Shown here one piece after another: positions 20,126-30,255 of a stretch of 64,000 bases of DNA. The notes under the pieces are model-generated. The model did not search any database. It had not been told where the DNA came from and worked only from the letters and a program-made list of their open reading frames with translations. Position numbers and translations under genes: made by a program. The DNA lies in NCBI GenBank assembly GCA_965205505.1, contig CBDBHB010000009.1, positions 1,344,001 through 1,408,000 of the forward strand, read 5' to 3'. This DNA is from Acidobacteriota bacterium (GTDB lineage Bacteria > Acidobacteriota > UBA890 > WLXD01). Position 1 is the first letter of the stretch, and the number at the start of each line of letters is the position of its first letter.

Positions 20126-21577
20126 ATGAGTCGGACCTGGAAACATGTTGCCCTCGCCCTGGCGATTGCCGCCGCTGGCTGTGATCCGGCCGGACGAGAC
20201 GACGGGGCGCCTGCTGTTCGATCCGCCAACGAGGACGGCCGACTTGTCGCGGTCGACGAGCTGGTGACGCCGTACGATCTGCACGACGGACCAGGGGGTG
20301 TGCTCGGCGTGTACTTGGACGGCGAGCTCGTATACGCGCGTGGTTTCGGGCTCGCGAATCTGGAGTACGGAATCCCCAACACGCCGTCGACGGTGTTTCG
20401 GGTGGGCTCGGTCTCCAAGCAGTTCGCCGCCATGGCTATCGCGATTCTGGCCCGACGGGGAGAGCTGCAACTGGACGACGACATACGGAAGTATCTTCCG
20501 GAGATCCCGCTTTACCCCGAGGGCGTCGTGACCGTCCGCCACCTCGTGCACCACACCAGCGGGCTGCGAGATTACAACGAGCTGGCGGGCTTCGCTGGGT
20601 ACCGCTCGGATCAACTCGCCACAACCGCCGCCACGTTCGAGCTACTGGCGCGACAGCGGGGGCTCAATTTTCCTCCCGGCGATCAGTTTCTCTACAGCAA
20701 CTCGGGCTACTTCCTGATTGCGGTGCTGGTGGAGCGGGTTACCGGCAAGACGATGGCGGAGTTCGCGCGCAGCGAGATCTTCGAGCCGCTTGGCATGCGC
20801 AGCTCGCTGTTCAAGGACGACCACGGTGCCGTCGTTCCGGAGCGCGCCTATGGATACGTCCGCGGTCGAGACACCGACGGGTGGCGGCTCTACATGTCGC
20901 AGCGCGACTTCGTCGGCGCCGGCGGCGTGTTCACTACCGCGCAGGACATGCTCCAATGGTTCGTTCACCTCGAGCACGGCGACCCCGAGCTCATGGAGCA
21001 GATGAGTCAGCGAGGCGTGCTCAATAACGGCGACGAGCTGGATTATGCGTTCGGGTTGACGTTCGACGACGACCGGGGCCTGCGCCGTGTGCACCACTCC
21101 GGTGGTTTCGCCGCGTTCACCGCGCATACCGTCCGGTATCCCGAGCAGCGCCTGGCGGTGTTCACGGCGGTCAACGGTGGCAACGCCAACGCCGTTCGCC
21201 TGGCCCTCGAGATAGCCGATGTTTATCTACGACCGCTCGTTCCCGAGCTTGCGCCGTTGGCATCGCCAACGAGCAGCAGCACAGCGCAGGCTGAACCTGT
21301 GGCAGCCGTGCAGCTGACGACCCGTGATCTCGGCGGTTACGCCGGCACATACGATGGCGGCGAGGTCAATGCCACCTACGAGGTGGTGCGGACGGACGAG
21401 GGGCTCGAGCTTACGATCCCCGGCAGGGATCCAGTGCAGCTACAGGCCGTGGGTAGTGGGGTGTTCGCATCGTCGCGTCTGAGGGTTACCTTCGAGCGTT
21501 CCCCGGCTGGCCCGGTGACGGGGTTTACCCTGGATGGCAGAAGGGCCAGGGGCTTGGTGTTCGAGCGGGTGGACTGA
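20126..21577 (+). CDS. serine hydrolase (beta-lactamase/PBP fold) lipoprotein
   Basis: GSVSKQF (SxxK), YSNSGY, HSGG. AAAGC lipobox. Confidence 0.88.
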   Translation: MSRTWKHVALALAIAAAGCDPAGRDDGAPAVRSANEDGRLVAVDELVTPYDLHDGPGGVLGVYLDGELVYARGFGLANLEYGIPNTPSTVFRVGSVSKQFAAMAIAILARRGELQLDDDIRKYLPEIPLYPEGVVTVRHLVHHTSGLRDYNELAGFAGYRSDQLATTAATFELLARQRGLNFPPGDQFLYSNSGYFLIAVLVERVTGKTMAEFARSEIFEPLGMRSSLFKDDHGAVVPERAYGYVRGRDTDGWRLYMSQRDFVGAGGVFTTAQDMLQWFVHLEHGDPELMEQMSQRGVLNNGDELDYAFGLTFDDDRGLRRVHHSGGFAAFTAHTVRYPEQRLAVFTAVNGGNANAVRLALEIADVYLRPLVPELAPLASPTSSSTAQAEPVAAVQLTTRDLGGYAGTYDGGEVNATYEVVRTDEGLELTIPGRDPVQLQAVGSGVFASSRLRVTFERSPAGPVTGFTLDGRRARGLVFERVD

Positions 21578-21594
21578 AGCGTGCGAGTGAATCG

Positions 21595-22422
21595 ATGAAG
21601 GAGATGAAGCTCTACGATCACGCAGAACGTATTTACGACGAACTGCGGGCCGACGGCCTCGGTGACGGAGAGCCACTCGAGGTCAACGATCTCACCGCCC
21701 ACGATCAATACCACTATCACGGGCTCGAGGCGCTCGATGCGGCGATCGAGGATCTGGCGCTAACGTCTGACAGCCGCGTTCTCGACGTTGGCTCGGGCAT
21801 CGGCGGTCCGGCACGCTACGTGGCTGACCGGGCGGGATGCCTGGTCACGGCTCTCGAGTTGCAGTCCGATCTTCACCGATTGGGTAAGGACCTGACGCGT
21901 CGCTGTGGCCTCTCCGATCGAGTGCTGCATCGTGCCGGTGACGTGCTCGATCCCGATATCGACGGCGATCTGTTCGGCGGGGCTTTCGATGTGCTGTTGT
22001 CGCTCCTTGTTTTCTTGCACATACCCGAGCGCCGGCGCCTGTTCGGTGTTTGCCGGCAGCTGTTGAAGCCCGGCGGGAGCATCTGGATCGAGGACTTCAT
22101 CAAGCTCCAGGAGCCCAGCGACCAACAGTGGCGTCACTTGCGGCGGGAGGTCCAGTGCTCCTACCTTCCGTCGCCTGGTGAGTACCGTGCTCACCTGGAG
22201 GCGGCGCACTTCACCGATATCGTCGTACAGGACATGTCGGCAGCGTGGGCGGCGTTCACCTCGGAGCGCTCGCGATCGTTCGACGCCGCCCGAGAACGCA
22301 ACGTCGACGTCCACGGATCGGAGATCGTCGACGGCCTCGGGGAGTACTACCGTGTCGTCGCTGACCTGTTCGCGTCCGGAGCCGTGGGCGGCGTGCGCAT
22401 CTCGGCTACAGCAGGGGCCTAA
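21595..22422 (+). CDS. class I SAM-dependent methyltransferase (sarcosine/dimethylglycine N-methyltransferase-like)
   Basis: DQYHYHG, VLDVGSGIGGPAR, LKPGG. Confidence 0.8.
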   Translation: MKEMKLYDHAERIYDELRADGLGDGEPLEVNDLTAHDQYHYHGLEALDAAIEDLALTSDSRVLDVGSGIGGPARYVADRAGCLVTALELQSDLHRLGKDLTRRCGLSDRVLHRAGDVLDPDIDGDLFGGAFDVLLSLLVFLHIPERRRLFGVCRQLLKPGGSIWIEDFIKLQEPSDQQWRHLRREVQCSYLPSPGEYRAHLEAAHFTDIVVQDMSAAWAAFTSERSRSFDAARERNVDVHGSEIVDGLGEYYRVVADLFASGAVGGVRISATAGA

Positions 22423-22516
22423 CAGGGGCGCGTGTGGTCTCGGGATGTCCAGCAACGTACTATTTGCTGATACACACGGGGTCGTGTTCGTCGGCCGCTC
22501 GACTGGGTAGCAACGA

Positions 22517-24370
22517 ATGAAACCGACAAGCCGGTATTGGATGTTCGCTGCGACTTGTGGGTTCTTACTCGGTGCGGGGGGTCTCGCTCCTGCGGCGTGG
22601 GTTGAGGCGACCGTCTCGCCGCCTGCGACGTATGCTGCTCGGCAGCACCAAGCCTCGAAGGAAGATCCGGGGCGCGGGTTGCAGTATCGTGGTGCGCCGG
22701 TCGTCTTGGGCAATGATGCTGCCCGCGTCGGCGAGCTGATTCCCGATCTCGAGCTCAAGACTCTGACGGGCCGGACGACGCGGATCTCTGCTGTGACCGG
22801 ATCGCGAGGCCTCGTCATCGCCATGCGTGATCCGGGATGCCCGCTTTCGAAGAAGTATGGGCCCCGCCTTGCCAGCATGGAACGGGAGTTCGACGAGCAG
22901 GGCTTCGACTTCCTCTTCGTCGATCCGATGCCGTACGGCACTGCCGAAGAGGGTCACCAAGAGATCGAGTGGTATGGCTTCGCCGGCGAGTATGTCGTCG
23001 ATCCAAAGGGCCGCATCGCGGCAGCGCTGGGCGCGGTTACCTCGACAGAGGTTGCCGCCGACCAGGAGTTTCTGCGGAGTGCGCTCGCAGCGACGGCCGC
23101 GGCGACGCTGCCGGCGGTGCGTGCGACGCTGGCGCCCGGATGCTATCTGTCGTTCGATGAAGCTGTCCTCGCCGCGATGTCGGCCGCACCGCCCACCTGG
23201 CACAACCGGGTAAGCCGCATCGTGCAGGCGCGCTGTCAGCGCTGTCATCGCGCCGGCGCCGCCGGCCCCTTCCCGCTGGTCGAGTACCGGGACGTCGTGC
23301 GACGCAAGGACATGATCGAATGGGTGCTTGCCGACGGCCTCATGCCACCCTGGTTCGCCGAGGGGCATGAGGAGTGGGCCAACGACCCATCGCTCAGCGC
23401 CGAAGAGATGGCGACGTTCAAGCGGTGGCTCACTGCTGGCACGCCGGAGGGAGATTCTGCCGACGCACCGATTCCGATCCGCTGGACCGAAGGCTGGACC
23501 CTCGGTCAGCCCGACGCGGATCTGCCGATCCCCGAGGGGTTCACGGTGCCGGCCGAAGGCGTGGTCGACTACCAGTACCAGTACATCAAGACGGATTTCG
23601 CCGAGGATCGCTGGGTGCAGGCGGTGGAGATCCTCCCCGGTGCTCCCGAGGTGGTGCACCATGTGCTGCTCTTCGTCGAGGAGCCAGAGGTGCGTGAGCG
23701 GGCCCTTGAAGGCGACCCCGACGCACAGAACGTGCAGCAGGGTGGAGCGCGCGGCTACTTCGCCAGCAACGTCCCCGGGCAGGACGGCGTCCGGTTTCCC
23801 CAGGGGTTCGGCAAGCTGTTGCCGGCTGGCGCGTGGCTCAAGGTGCAGCTGCACCACACGCCAAACGGCCGCGAGTTGGTCGACCGCACCAGGATAGGCC
23901 TACACTTCGCCGACGAGCCCGGACACACCGAGGTGCGCACCAACTCGGCGCTGAACATGCGCTTTACGATTCCGCCCGGAGCGGGGCGCCACCAGGTGGT
24001 CGCGGACTATACCTTCGACGAACCGTCGAAGCTGCTGTCGCTGCTGCCGCACACGCACGTCCGCGGCGTCGCCTTCCGCTATGAGCTCGTCTCGCCCGGT
24101 GGTGACGTCGAGGAGCTACTGTCGATTCCTCGGTACGATTTCAACTGGCAGCTCAACTACGAGCTTCGGTCACCGCGTTCCGTTGCTGCGGGCACGATTC
24201 TTCGGGCCACCGCCTGGTACGACAATAGCGCCGACAATCTCGCCAACCCCGACCCGACGGCGGAGATTTCCTGGGGCGAGCAGACGTTCGAGGAGATGAT
24301 GATCGGCTACGTCAACTGGGTGCCCCTGGGCGCTGCGGCGGAGCCTACGTCGGTTCCGGATGCTCATTGA
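22517..24370 (+). CDS. secreted redoxin + c-type heme + copper type II monooxygenase-like protein
   Basis: Signal peptide, redoxin DPGCPLSKKY, CQRCH heme motif, MPPW, and candidate Cu ligands VHHV, QLHH, PHTH, EEMM. Confidence 0.75.
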   Translation: MKPTSRYWMFAATCGFLLGAGGLAPAAWVEATVSPPATYAARQHQASKEDPGRGLQYRGAPVVLGNDAARVGELIPDLELKTLTGRTTRISAVTGSRGLVIAMRDPGCPLSKKYGPRLASMEREFDEQGFDFLFVDPMPYGTAEEGHQEIEWYGFAGEYVVDPKGRIAAALGAVTSTEVAADQEFLRSALAATAAATLPAVRATLAPGCYLSFDEAVLAAMSAAPPTWHNRVSRIVQARCQRCHRAGAAGPFPLVEYRDVVRRKDMIEWVLADGLMPPWFAEGHEEWANDPSLSAEEMATFKRWLTAGTPEGDSADAPIPIRWTEGWTLGQPDADLPIPEGFTVPAEGVVDYQYQYIKTDFAEDRWVQAVEILPGAPEVVHHVLLFVEEPEVRERALEGDPDAQNVQQGGARGYFASNVPGQDGVRFPQGFGKLLPAGAWLKVQLHHTPNGRELVDRTRIGLHFADEPGHTEVRTNSALNMRFTIPPGAGRHQVVADYTFDEPSKLLSLLPHTHVRGVAFRYELVSPGGDVEELLSIPRYDFNWQLNYELRSPRSVAAGTILRATAWYDNSADNLANPDPTAEISWGEQTFEEMMIGYVNWVPLGAAAEPTSVPDAH

Positions 24371-24510
24371 GCATCGGTGCCAAAACTCGCCGGCTCCTGT
24401 ACGCTACGTCACGCGGTGGTCGTGCAGCGTGACACGCTCCAGCCGCAGGGTTGCTAGCCTGGGAATGGCTCCAATCCACCACGATTCCTTCGACTGAGGA
24501 GTATTTCCCT

Positions 24511-24867
24511 ATGAAGCGAGTAGCTTCGGCCCTAGCGCTAGTCATGATCGTCGCCCCCGTGGCGGTCGCCGCGCCGATGCAGGAGACCATCTCCGGCAGG
24601 GTGATCGACACCGCCTGCTACGCTGCCGATGCCCACGGCCCGGAAGAGGTCGGTTGCACCGAGATGTGCCTGGAAATGGGGGTCCCGGCCTCCTTGTTGA
24701 CGGATGACGGCCAGGTGCTGGTGCTGATGCCCGACAGCGATGAGATGGACGCCTTCAAGTCGCTGAGCAACCACGCGGCGCATCAGGTCAACATCACCGG
24801 CACGATGATGGAGCGCGACGGCCTCAAGGCCATGAAGGTCACCAGCGTCGAGCACGTCAGCAAATAG
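24511..24867 (+). CDS. small secreted Cys-containing hypothetical protein
   Basis: GAGGAG RBS, signal peptide, IDTACY...GCTEMC..GVP motif, followed by a terminator. Confidence 0.75.
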   Translation: MKRVASALALVMIVAPVAVAAPMQETISGRVIDTACYAADAHGPEEVGCTEMCLEMGVPASLLTDDGQVLVLMPDSDEMDAFKSLSNHAAHQVNITGTMMERDGLKAMKVTSVEHVSK

Positions 24868-24893
24868 CCCCGCGATCAGACTTGCCGAGACTT

Positions 24894-24930
24894 ACCCCCG
24901 CGGGCGATGTCCGCGGGGGTTTTCTCTTTT
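24894..24930 (+). terminator. rho-independent terminator
   Basis: ACCCCCGCGGGC-GAT-GTCCGCGGGGGT followed by TTTCTCTTTT. Confidence 0.85.
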
Positions 24931-24961
24931 CCTCTCCATGACCCCTCGAGGGGGGCAGGAC

Positions 24962-25699
24962 ATGAACCCCGATCCGCTGTCGGATGGTGTGCGATCGACG
25001 GGCGCGTGCCTGGCGGCGGCATTGTTGCTGGCGGCGTCGAGCTGCAGCCCGAGTACCCCGCCGATTCCGCCCTCGGTGGCCAGCGCGGCGATCGATGGCT
25101 GGTTGCCCGGTGCCGAGGTTGCCGTCGTCGACTCGACGTCGGCCGATGGGGTGGCGCTGGTGGAGGCGGACGTCAGCGACGAGCAGCTATACTTTCGGTT
25201 CCGCTATGCGGACCCGGACTGGGTGCTCGAGGGGATGGTGGTCGAGGACCGGATTCTGGATCACCGCGCCAGTCGGGATGTCTGGCTGGACATCGTGCGC
25301 ACAGCGCAGAGGGTCACCCTCGCTGAGATCGCCGCCGGTGACCGTCCGCGCTCTCGGCTCGAAGTCGTGGTCACGGATTTGCGCGTGGTATCGGTGGAGC
25401 CCGAGCGTATGGAGCTCGAATCGATTAGCGCCCCCGCCTCGGGCGCGGTGGTGGTTCGCGGGCGTCACTTCGACCAATTGCCGGTGAAAGTCGGCGACGG
25501 CGTCGCCCTGCAGGTACAGGATCTGGCCCGTGAAGGCGATGGCTGGGTCCCTCAGCGCAGCGAGCTTCCCGGTGAGCTGCTGGTCGAGCTCGATCCGATC
25601 GACGTTACCTTCTTACAGCTGCTCAAGCTGCGGCTCGCCGAGCAGGTCATCCCGGTGCCCTACAACATCCCCGACATGGCACACGAGCACTTGCCGTAA
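24962..25699 (+). CDS. hypothetical lipoprotein
   Basis: AGGA RBS, hydrophobic leader ending LLAASSC, coding-like composition. Confidence 0.6.
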   Translation: MNPDPLSDGVRSTGACLAAALLLAASSCSPSTPPIPPSVASAAIDGWLPGAEVAVVDSTSADGVALVEADVSDEQLYFRFRYADPDWVLEGMVVEDRILDHRASRDVWLDIVRTAQRVTLAEIAAGDRPRSRLEVVVTDLRVVSVEPERMELESISAPASGAVVVRGRHFDQLPVKVGDGVALQVQDLAREGDGWVPQRSELPGELLVELDPIDVTFLQLLKLRLAEQVIPVPYNIPDMAHEHLP

Positions 25700-25744
25700 C
25701 GTTGGGAGGATCAGCAGCTCGAGGGCCTGCCAGGGCTCGATGTC

Positions 25745-26858
25745 ATGAAGCCTGAGATACACCGCGCTAAGACAGATGACGAGCGTGAAGCCGTCTATCG
25801 ACTTCGGTATGAGATTTATGTGGAGGAGATGAATCGCTACGGCTCGATCGCCGACCCCGACAGACGTTTCCTGATCGAGCCCGATGATGCGGTGAGCCGT
25901 CTCTACTACGCCCGCGACCAAGAAGGCCATACGGTCGGTACCATGCGTTTGACCTGGGGCGGAGACGGTGAGTTCAGCGACCGCGACGTCGAGCAATATG
26001 GCCTGGCGCCGTTTCTGGAGAAGATTCCCCGCCAGCAGATGCTCGTCGGTGAGCGCTTCATGGTGACGCCAGAGCAGCGTGGTACCGACCTCGTATTCCG
26101 CATGTTCGAGAGCTACCTCGATCTCGTCAGGGAGAAGCGGATTCAGCTGATGTTCGGCGACTGCGAGCCGCACCTGCTCAATCTCTATATGGGATGGGAT
26201 TTCGCACGTACTCGAGCACCAACGTCAACAGCCCGGAGACCGGATACCTGATTCCGCTGGTGCTGGTGCCCGAGGACCTGGAGTACATGCGGGCCATCGG
26301 ATCGCCCCTGGTGTCGATCCTGCCGAATTTCGGCACCGACTCGCGCCTGCCCGCTTGCCTTGCCGATCTGCTGGCTGACCAGGGTACCGTAGCCAGCCAT
26401 ACTCTCACCAACAAGCAGCGCTACTGGTCTGACATCGACCACGCTCTCGAGCTGTCCCAGAACCCGATCCACCTCTTCGATGGCCTCGACGACACCGAAC
26501 AGGAGCGGTGCCTGTCCAAGAGCAACACCATCGAGTGTCGCCAGGGCGACCATCTGATCAAGGAAGGCAACGTGGCGCAGAACCTGTTTGTTGTGCTCGC
26601 CGGTTTGCTGGAAATTCGGGTGGATGGCCAGTTGGTGGCGGTCTGCACCTCGGGAGACGTGGTCGGCGAAATGGCGTTCCTTCTCGAGTGCCCGAGGTCG
26701 GCTGATGTCTACTCTACGCTGCCCAGGACGACACCCGCGTGCTATCGCTGAGCGAGAGTGCCCTGCGCGAGCTCATGGCGGAAGATCCGGTCGCCGCGAG
26801 CAAGCTGCTGCTGAACCTCTCCAAGCTTCTTTGCTACAAGTTGTTGCGCAGCAAATAG
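25745..26858 (+). pseudogene. GNAT/FeeM-like acyltransferase fused to a cyclic-nucleotide-binding domain, two frameshifts
   Basis: VYRLRYEIYVEE...VGTMRL...ERFMV, then cNMP motif GDVVGEMAFL..PRSADV. One G missing at 26191-93 and a TCTAC tandem duplication at 26708-26717. Repaired frame ends LLNLSKLLCYKLLRSK*. Confidence 0.75.
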
Positions 26859-26965
26859 TGTCGCGGCTGCGCAGGCCTTGACTATCGGCGGTTGTTCCGC
26901 ACTATGAGGGGCGGCAAGGTCGACTTTCGCGGCGTTCGAGACAGAGCTCGCAAAGGGAGAACCCG

Positions 26966-28090
26966 ATGACGAAACGGCTCGGCTTTCTCACGGTGGCCGT
27001 AGCATTGAGCAGCGTGGTGGCGTTCGCCCAAGAGCGGGCGATCGAGTTCCCGGACGTCCCCGGCTATCGGACGCTCGCCGTCGACCTGCACACGCACTCG
27101 GTGTTCTCCGACGGCCTGGTGTGGCCCTTCATTCGAGTGGACGAATCGGATCGAGACGGGCTCGATCTCCTGGCGGTCACCGAGCATCTGGAGTATCAGC
27201 CGCGCTCCGAGGACATCCCGCACCCGGACAGGAATCGCTCGTTCATCGTCGCCAGCGAGTACGTCAAGAGAGCTGACTCCGATCTAATCGTCATCAACGG
27301 CGCCGAGGTCACCCGCGACATGCCGCCCGGTCACGTCAACGCGGTGTTCATCACCGACGCCAACGCGCTGCTGGCCGACGATCCGATGGACTCTTTCCGA
27401 GCGGCCAACCAACAGGGCGCGTTCGTGTTCTGGAACCACCCTTCCTGGACGTCGCAAGCTCCGGACGGTGTTGCGCTACTTCCCGACATGCATCAACGAC
27501 TGATTGCGGATGGGCAATTGCATGGTATCGAGGTGGCCAACGAGTACATCTACTCGGCCGAGTCGCTGCAGATCGCGCTCGATTACGACCTGGCGATTCT
27601 CGGGGTCTCGGATATCCACGGTCTGATCGACTGGGACTACGCGATTCACGACGGCGCTCATCGCACCGTGACGCTCGTGTTCGCCGAGGAACGCAGCGCC
27701 GAGTTGGTGCACAGGGCGCTCCGCGCCAACCGCACCGTCGCCTGGACGGACAACTCGCTGATCGGTCGCGAAGAGGTGTTGATGCCGCTGATCCAGGCTT
27801 CGCTGACTGTGTCGAGCGTGGGGTATCGGGCCGACAGCACGCTGGTCGACGTTACGCTGTCGAACGTTTCCGACGCCGCGTTCGAGCTTCGGAGCATCGA
27901 CGGACACCGGTTTTACAATCACCCGTCGGTTTTCCGAGTGCCGCCGCACGGCCAGGTAGTGCTTGGCCTAACCGGGGAGGACCGATCCAGCTTCGACCTG
28001 CAGTTCGAGGTCTTGAACGCGATCATCGCGCCGGAAACTCACCCGTTGCTGAGGCTGGGCATCGAGGTTCCGCCGGAAACCGATCAATAG
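26966..28090 (+). CDS. PHP-domain phosphodiesterase (Sb-PDE family), secreted
   Basis: DLHTHSVFSDG, TEHLEYQP, FWNHP, SDIHG. Signal peptide. Confidence 0.85.
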   Translation: MTKRLGFLTVAVALSSVVAFAQERAIEFPDVPGYRTLAVDLHTHSVFSDGLVWPFIRVDESDRDGLDLLAVTEHLEYQPRSEDIPHPDRNRSFIVASEYVKRADSDLIVINGAEVTRDMPPGHVNAVFITDANALLADDPMDSFRAANQQGAFVFWNHPSWTSQAPDGVALLPDMHQRLIADGQLHGIEVANEYIYSAESLQIALDYDLAILGVSDIHGLIDWDYAIHDGAHRTVTLVFAEERSAELVHRALRANRTVAWTDNSLIGREEVLMPLIQASLTVSSVGYRADSTLVDVTLSNVSDAAFELRSIDGHRFYNHPSVFRVPPHGQVVLGLTGEDRSSFDLQFEVLNAIIAPETHPLLRLGIEVPPETDQ

Positions 28091-28146
28091 CGCTTCGACT
28101 ACGCTACGCGTATGAGCTTCAGATACGCCAGAGAAGAGAGCACGCC

Positions 28147-29082
28147 ATGACACTCAAGGTTGATTGGAACGGGGTGTTCCCCGCCGTTCCCACGCAGTTC
28201 CACGACGATTTCTCGCTCAATCTCCCGGCCACCCAGGAACACGTGGAGGCCTTGCTCGACGACGGCATCCACGGCCTCATCATGCTGGGCACGATTGGCG
28301 AGAACTGTTCGCTGTCGCTCGACGAGAAGGTCGAAGTGTTGAAGGCGACCAAGGAAGTCGCCGGCGATCGCGTCCCGATCCTCAACGGCGTTGCCGAATA
28401 CACCACTCAGGGTGCATGCACCACCGCGCAGGCGGCCGAGGCGGCTGGCATGGATGGGCTGATGCTCATGCCCGCCATGGTCTACAACTCCGACCCGCGC
28501 GAAACGGTGAACCATTACCGCACCGTGGCAGCTTCGATGAGCTTGCCGATCATGTGCTACAACAATCCGCCCGTGTATCGCGTCGACATCACGCCGGAGA
28601 TGTTCCAGGAGCTGGCCGACGTCGACAATATCGTCTGCATCAAGGAAGCCTCCGGCGACGTGCGGAGAATCACCGACCTGTTCAACACGCTCGGCGACCG
28701 CTACCCGATCTTCTCGGGCCTCGATGATGTCGCGCTGGAGAGCATCATGCTCGGTTGTACCGGGTGGATCTCCGGCTTGGTGGACGCGTTTCCGCGCGAG
28801 AATCGCCTGATGTGGGACGCGGCGATGGCCGGGGATTGGGAGCGAGGGCTGGAAATCTACCGGTGGTACATGCCGATGTTGCACTTCGACAGCCATCCGA
28901 AGCTGGTGCAGTACATCAAGCTCACCTGCGCCGAGATGGGCTATGGCACGGAGACGGTTCGCGCGCCGCGCCTGCCGCTGATTGGCGAGGAGCGTGAGCG
29001 CGTGTTGCAGATCGTACGCGACAGTGCCGCGACTCGACCGAGTGCGGAAGCGGTGAGTCAGGAGCCGGTGGCTACCGCGTAA
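28147..29082 (+). CDS. dihydrodipicolinate synthase family protein (HypD/LhpC-like)
   Basis: WNGVFPA, LGTIGE, YNNP, IKEASGD, GWISGL, PRLPL. Confidence 0.88.
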   Translation: MTLKVDWNGVFPAVPTQFHDDFSLNLPATQEHVEALLDDGIHGLIMLGTIGENCSLSLDEKVEVLKATKEVAGDRVPILNGVAEYTTQGACTTAQAAEAAGMDGLMLMPAMVYNSDPRETVNHYRTVAASMSLPIMCYNNPPVYRVDITPEMFQELADVDNIVCIKEASGDVRRITDLFNTLGDRYPIFSGLDDVALESIMLGCTGWISGLVDAFPRENRLMWDAAMAGDWERGLEIYRWYMPMLHFDSHPKLVQYIKLTCAEMGYGTETVRAPRLPLIGEERERVLQIVRDSAATRPSAEAVSQEPVATA

Positions 29083-29116
29083 CCAGACCCACCACACTTT
29101 CACCGCAGCGTCCTAG
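29079..29116. repeat. solo right end of the CTAG-MITE family
   Basis: GTAACCAGACCCACCACACTTTCACCGCAGCGTCCTAG matches 43471-43508 with 3 mismatches. Confidence 0.85.
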
Positions 29117-30195
29117 TGTAGCGTCTCTAAAATGGCTTTACAGCGATTAACTTTGTCGATGATCTGCTGGGCGGAAGCACTCCAAACATAGGGCTTGGGA
29201 TCGTCGTTGTAGTTGGCAATGAAGTTCTCGATGTTTTGGATGAGTGCTTGGACGGAAGGAAACGCAGCTCGTCGGACGCTTTTTGTTGTCAGCTCAGCGA
29301 ACCAGCGCTCCACCAGGTTCAGCCACGAGGAGCTTGTTGGAATGAAGTGCAGGTAAAAGCGACGATGCCGAGACAACCACTTCTTCACATTGGGGTGCGT
29401 GTGGGTGCCGTAGTTGTCAACGATCAGATGCAGATCTAGTTCCTGGGGGAACTCGCGGTCGAGCTTGCGTAGGAACTTCAAGAACTCTTGATGCCGATGA
29501 CGCGGCAGACACTGACCGATGACGGTTCCGTCCAGCATGTTCAGGGCGGCGAAAAGGCTCGTCGTACCGTGGCGCTTGTAGTCGTGGGTCATGGTTCCGG
29601 CACGGCCCTTCTTGAGCGGCAACGACGGCTGCGTGCGGTCCAAAGCCTGAATCTGAGACTTCTCATCCACGCACAGCACTACAGCCCGATCTGGCGGATT
29701 CATGTACAGGCCGACCACGTCGGTGAGCTTGTCCACGAAGTGGGGATCCTTGGAGAGCTTGAACGTCTTGACCAAGTGAGGCTTGAGTCCGTGAGCGTCC
29801 CAGATCCGCTGGACCGTGGCGGCACTGACCCCTTGCGCCTTGGCCATCGTTCGGCACGACCAATGAGTGGCGTTGGGTGGCTTGGTGTGCAACGTTGCTT
29901 CGACGATCTGTTTGATCTTGTCCCGGGAGATGGACCGGGGTCGTCCACGTCCCGGCCTGGTCTGCCCCAGCGCCACGGGACCTGCTTTCTCGAACCGCCT
30001 TCTCCACATGATCACAGTCGGCCGGCTGATGCCGAGCTGATCAGCAATCCCGCTATTGGACTCGCCATCTGCCGCCAGCAGGATGATCCCGGCACGAGTC
30101 GCTACTGACTGTGGTGTGCTGGGGGCTCGGAGCCAGGCTTCCAGAACGTCTCGATCCTTGTCCGCGAGCGCTATCGGTTCTGCTTTTGTGGCCAT
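29113..30195 (-). CDS. IS630 family transposase
   Basis: HTH, then DDE motifs VDEKSQIQAL, HDYKRHGT, IVDNYGTH, SWLNLVERWF. Confidence 0.95.
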   Translation of the reverse strand: MATKAEPIALADKDRDVLEAWLRAPSTPQSVATRAGIILLAADGESNSGIADQLGISRPTVIMWRRRFEKAGPVALGQTRPGRGRPRSISRDKIKQIVEATLHTKPPNATHWSCRTMAKAQGVSAATVQRIWDAHGLKPHLVKTFKLSKDPHFVDKLTDVVGLYMNPPDRAVVLCVDEKSQIQALDRTQPSLPLKKGRAGTMTHDYKRHGTTSLFAALNMLDGTVIGQCLPRHRHQEFLKFLRKLDREFPQELDLHLIVDNYGTHTHPNVKKWLSRHRRFYLHFIPTSSSWLNLVERWFAELTTKSVRRAAFPSVQALIQNIENFIANYNDDPKPYVWSASAQQIIDKVNRCKAILETLH

Positions 30196-30255
30196 GCGAA
30201 GCACAATACAATGGTCTTCATCTAATGTAAAGCTATTTACGATACGCTATACTAG
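29113..30255 (-). mobile_element. IS630 family insertion sequence, complete
   Basis: CTAG at both ends (29113-16, 30252-55). 30-bp imperfect inverted repeats CTAGTGTAGCGTCTCTAAAATGGCTTTACA and CTAGTATAGCGTATCGTAAATAGCTTTACA (25/30). Confidence 0.92.

Noticed and set aside
22419-22445. CTAACAGG..GTGTGGTCTC after the methyltransferase stop as a MITE end
   Set aside because: Similarity to the TIR is too weak.
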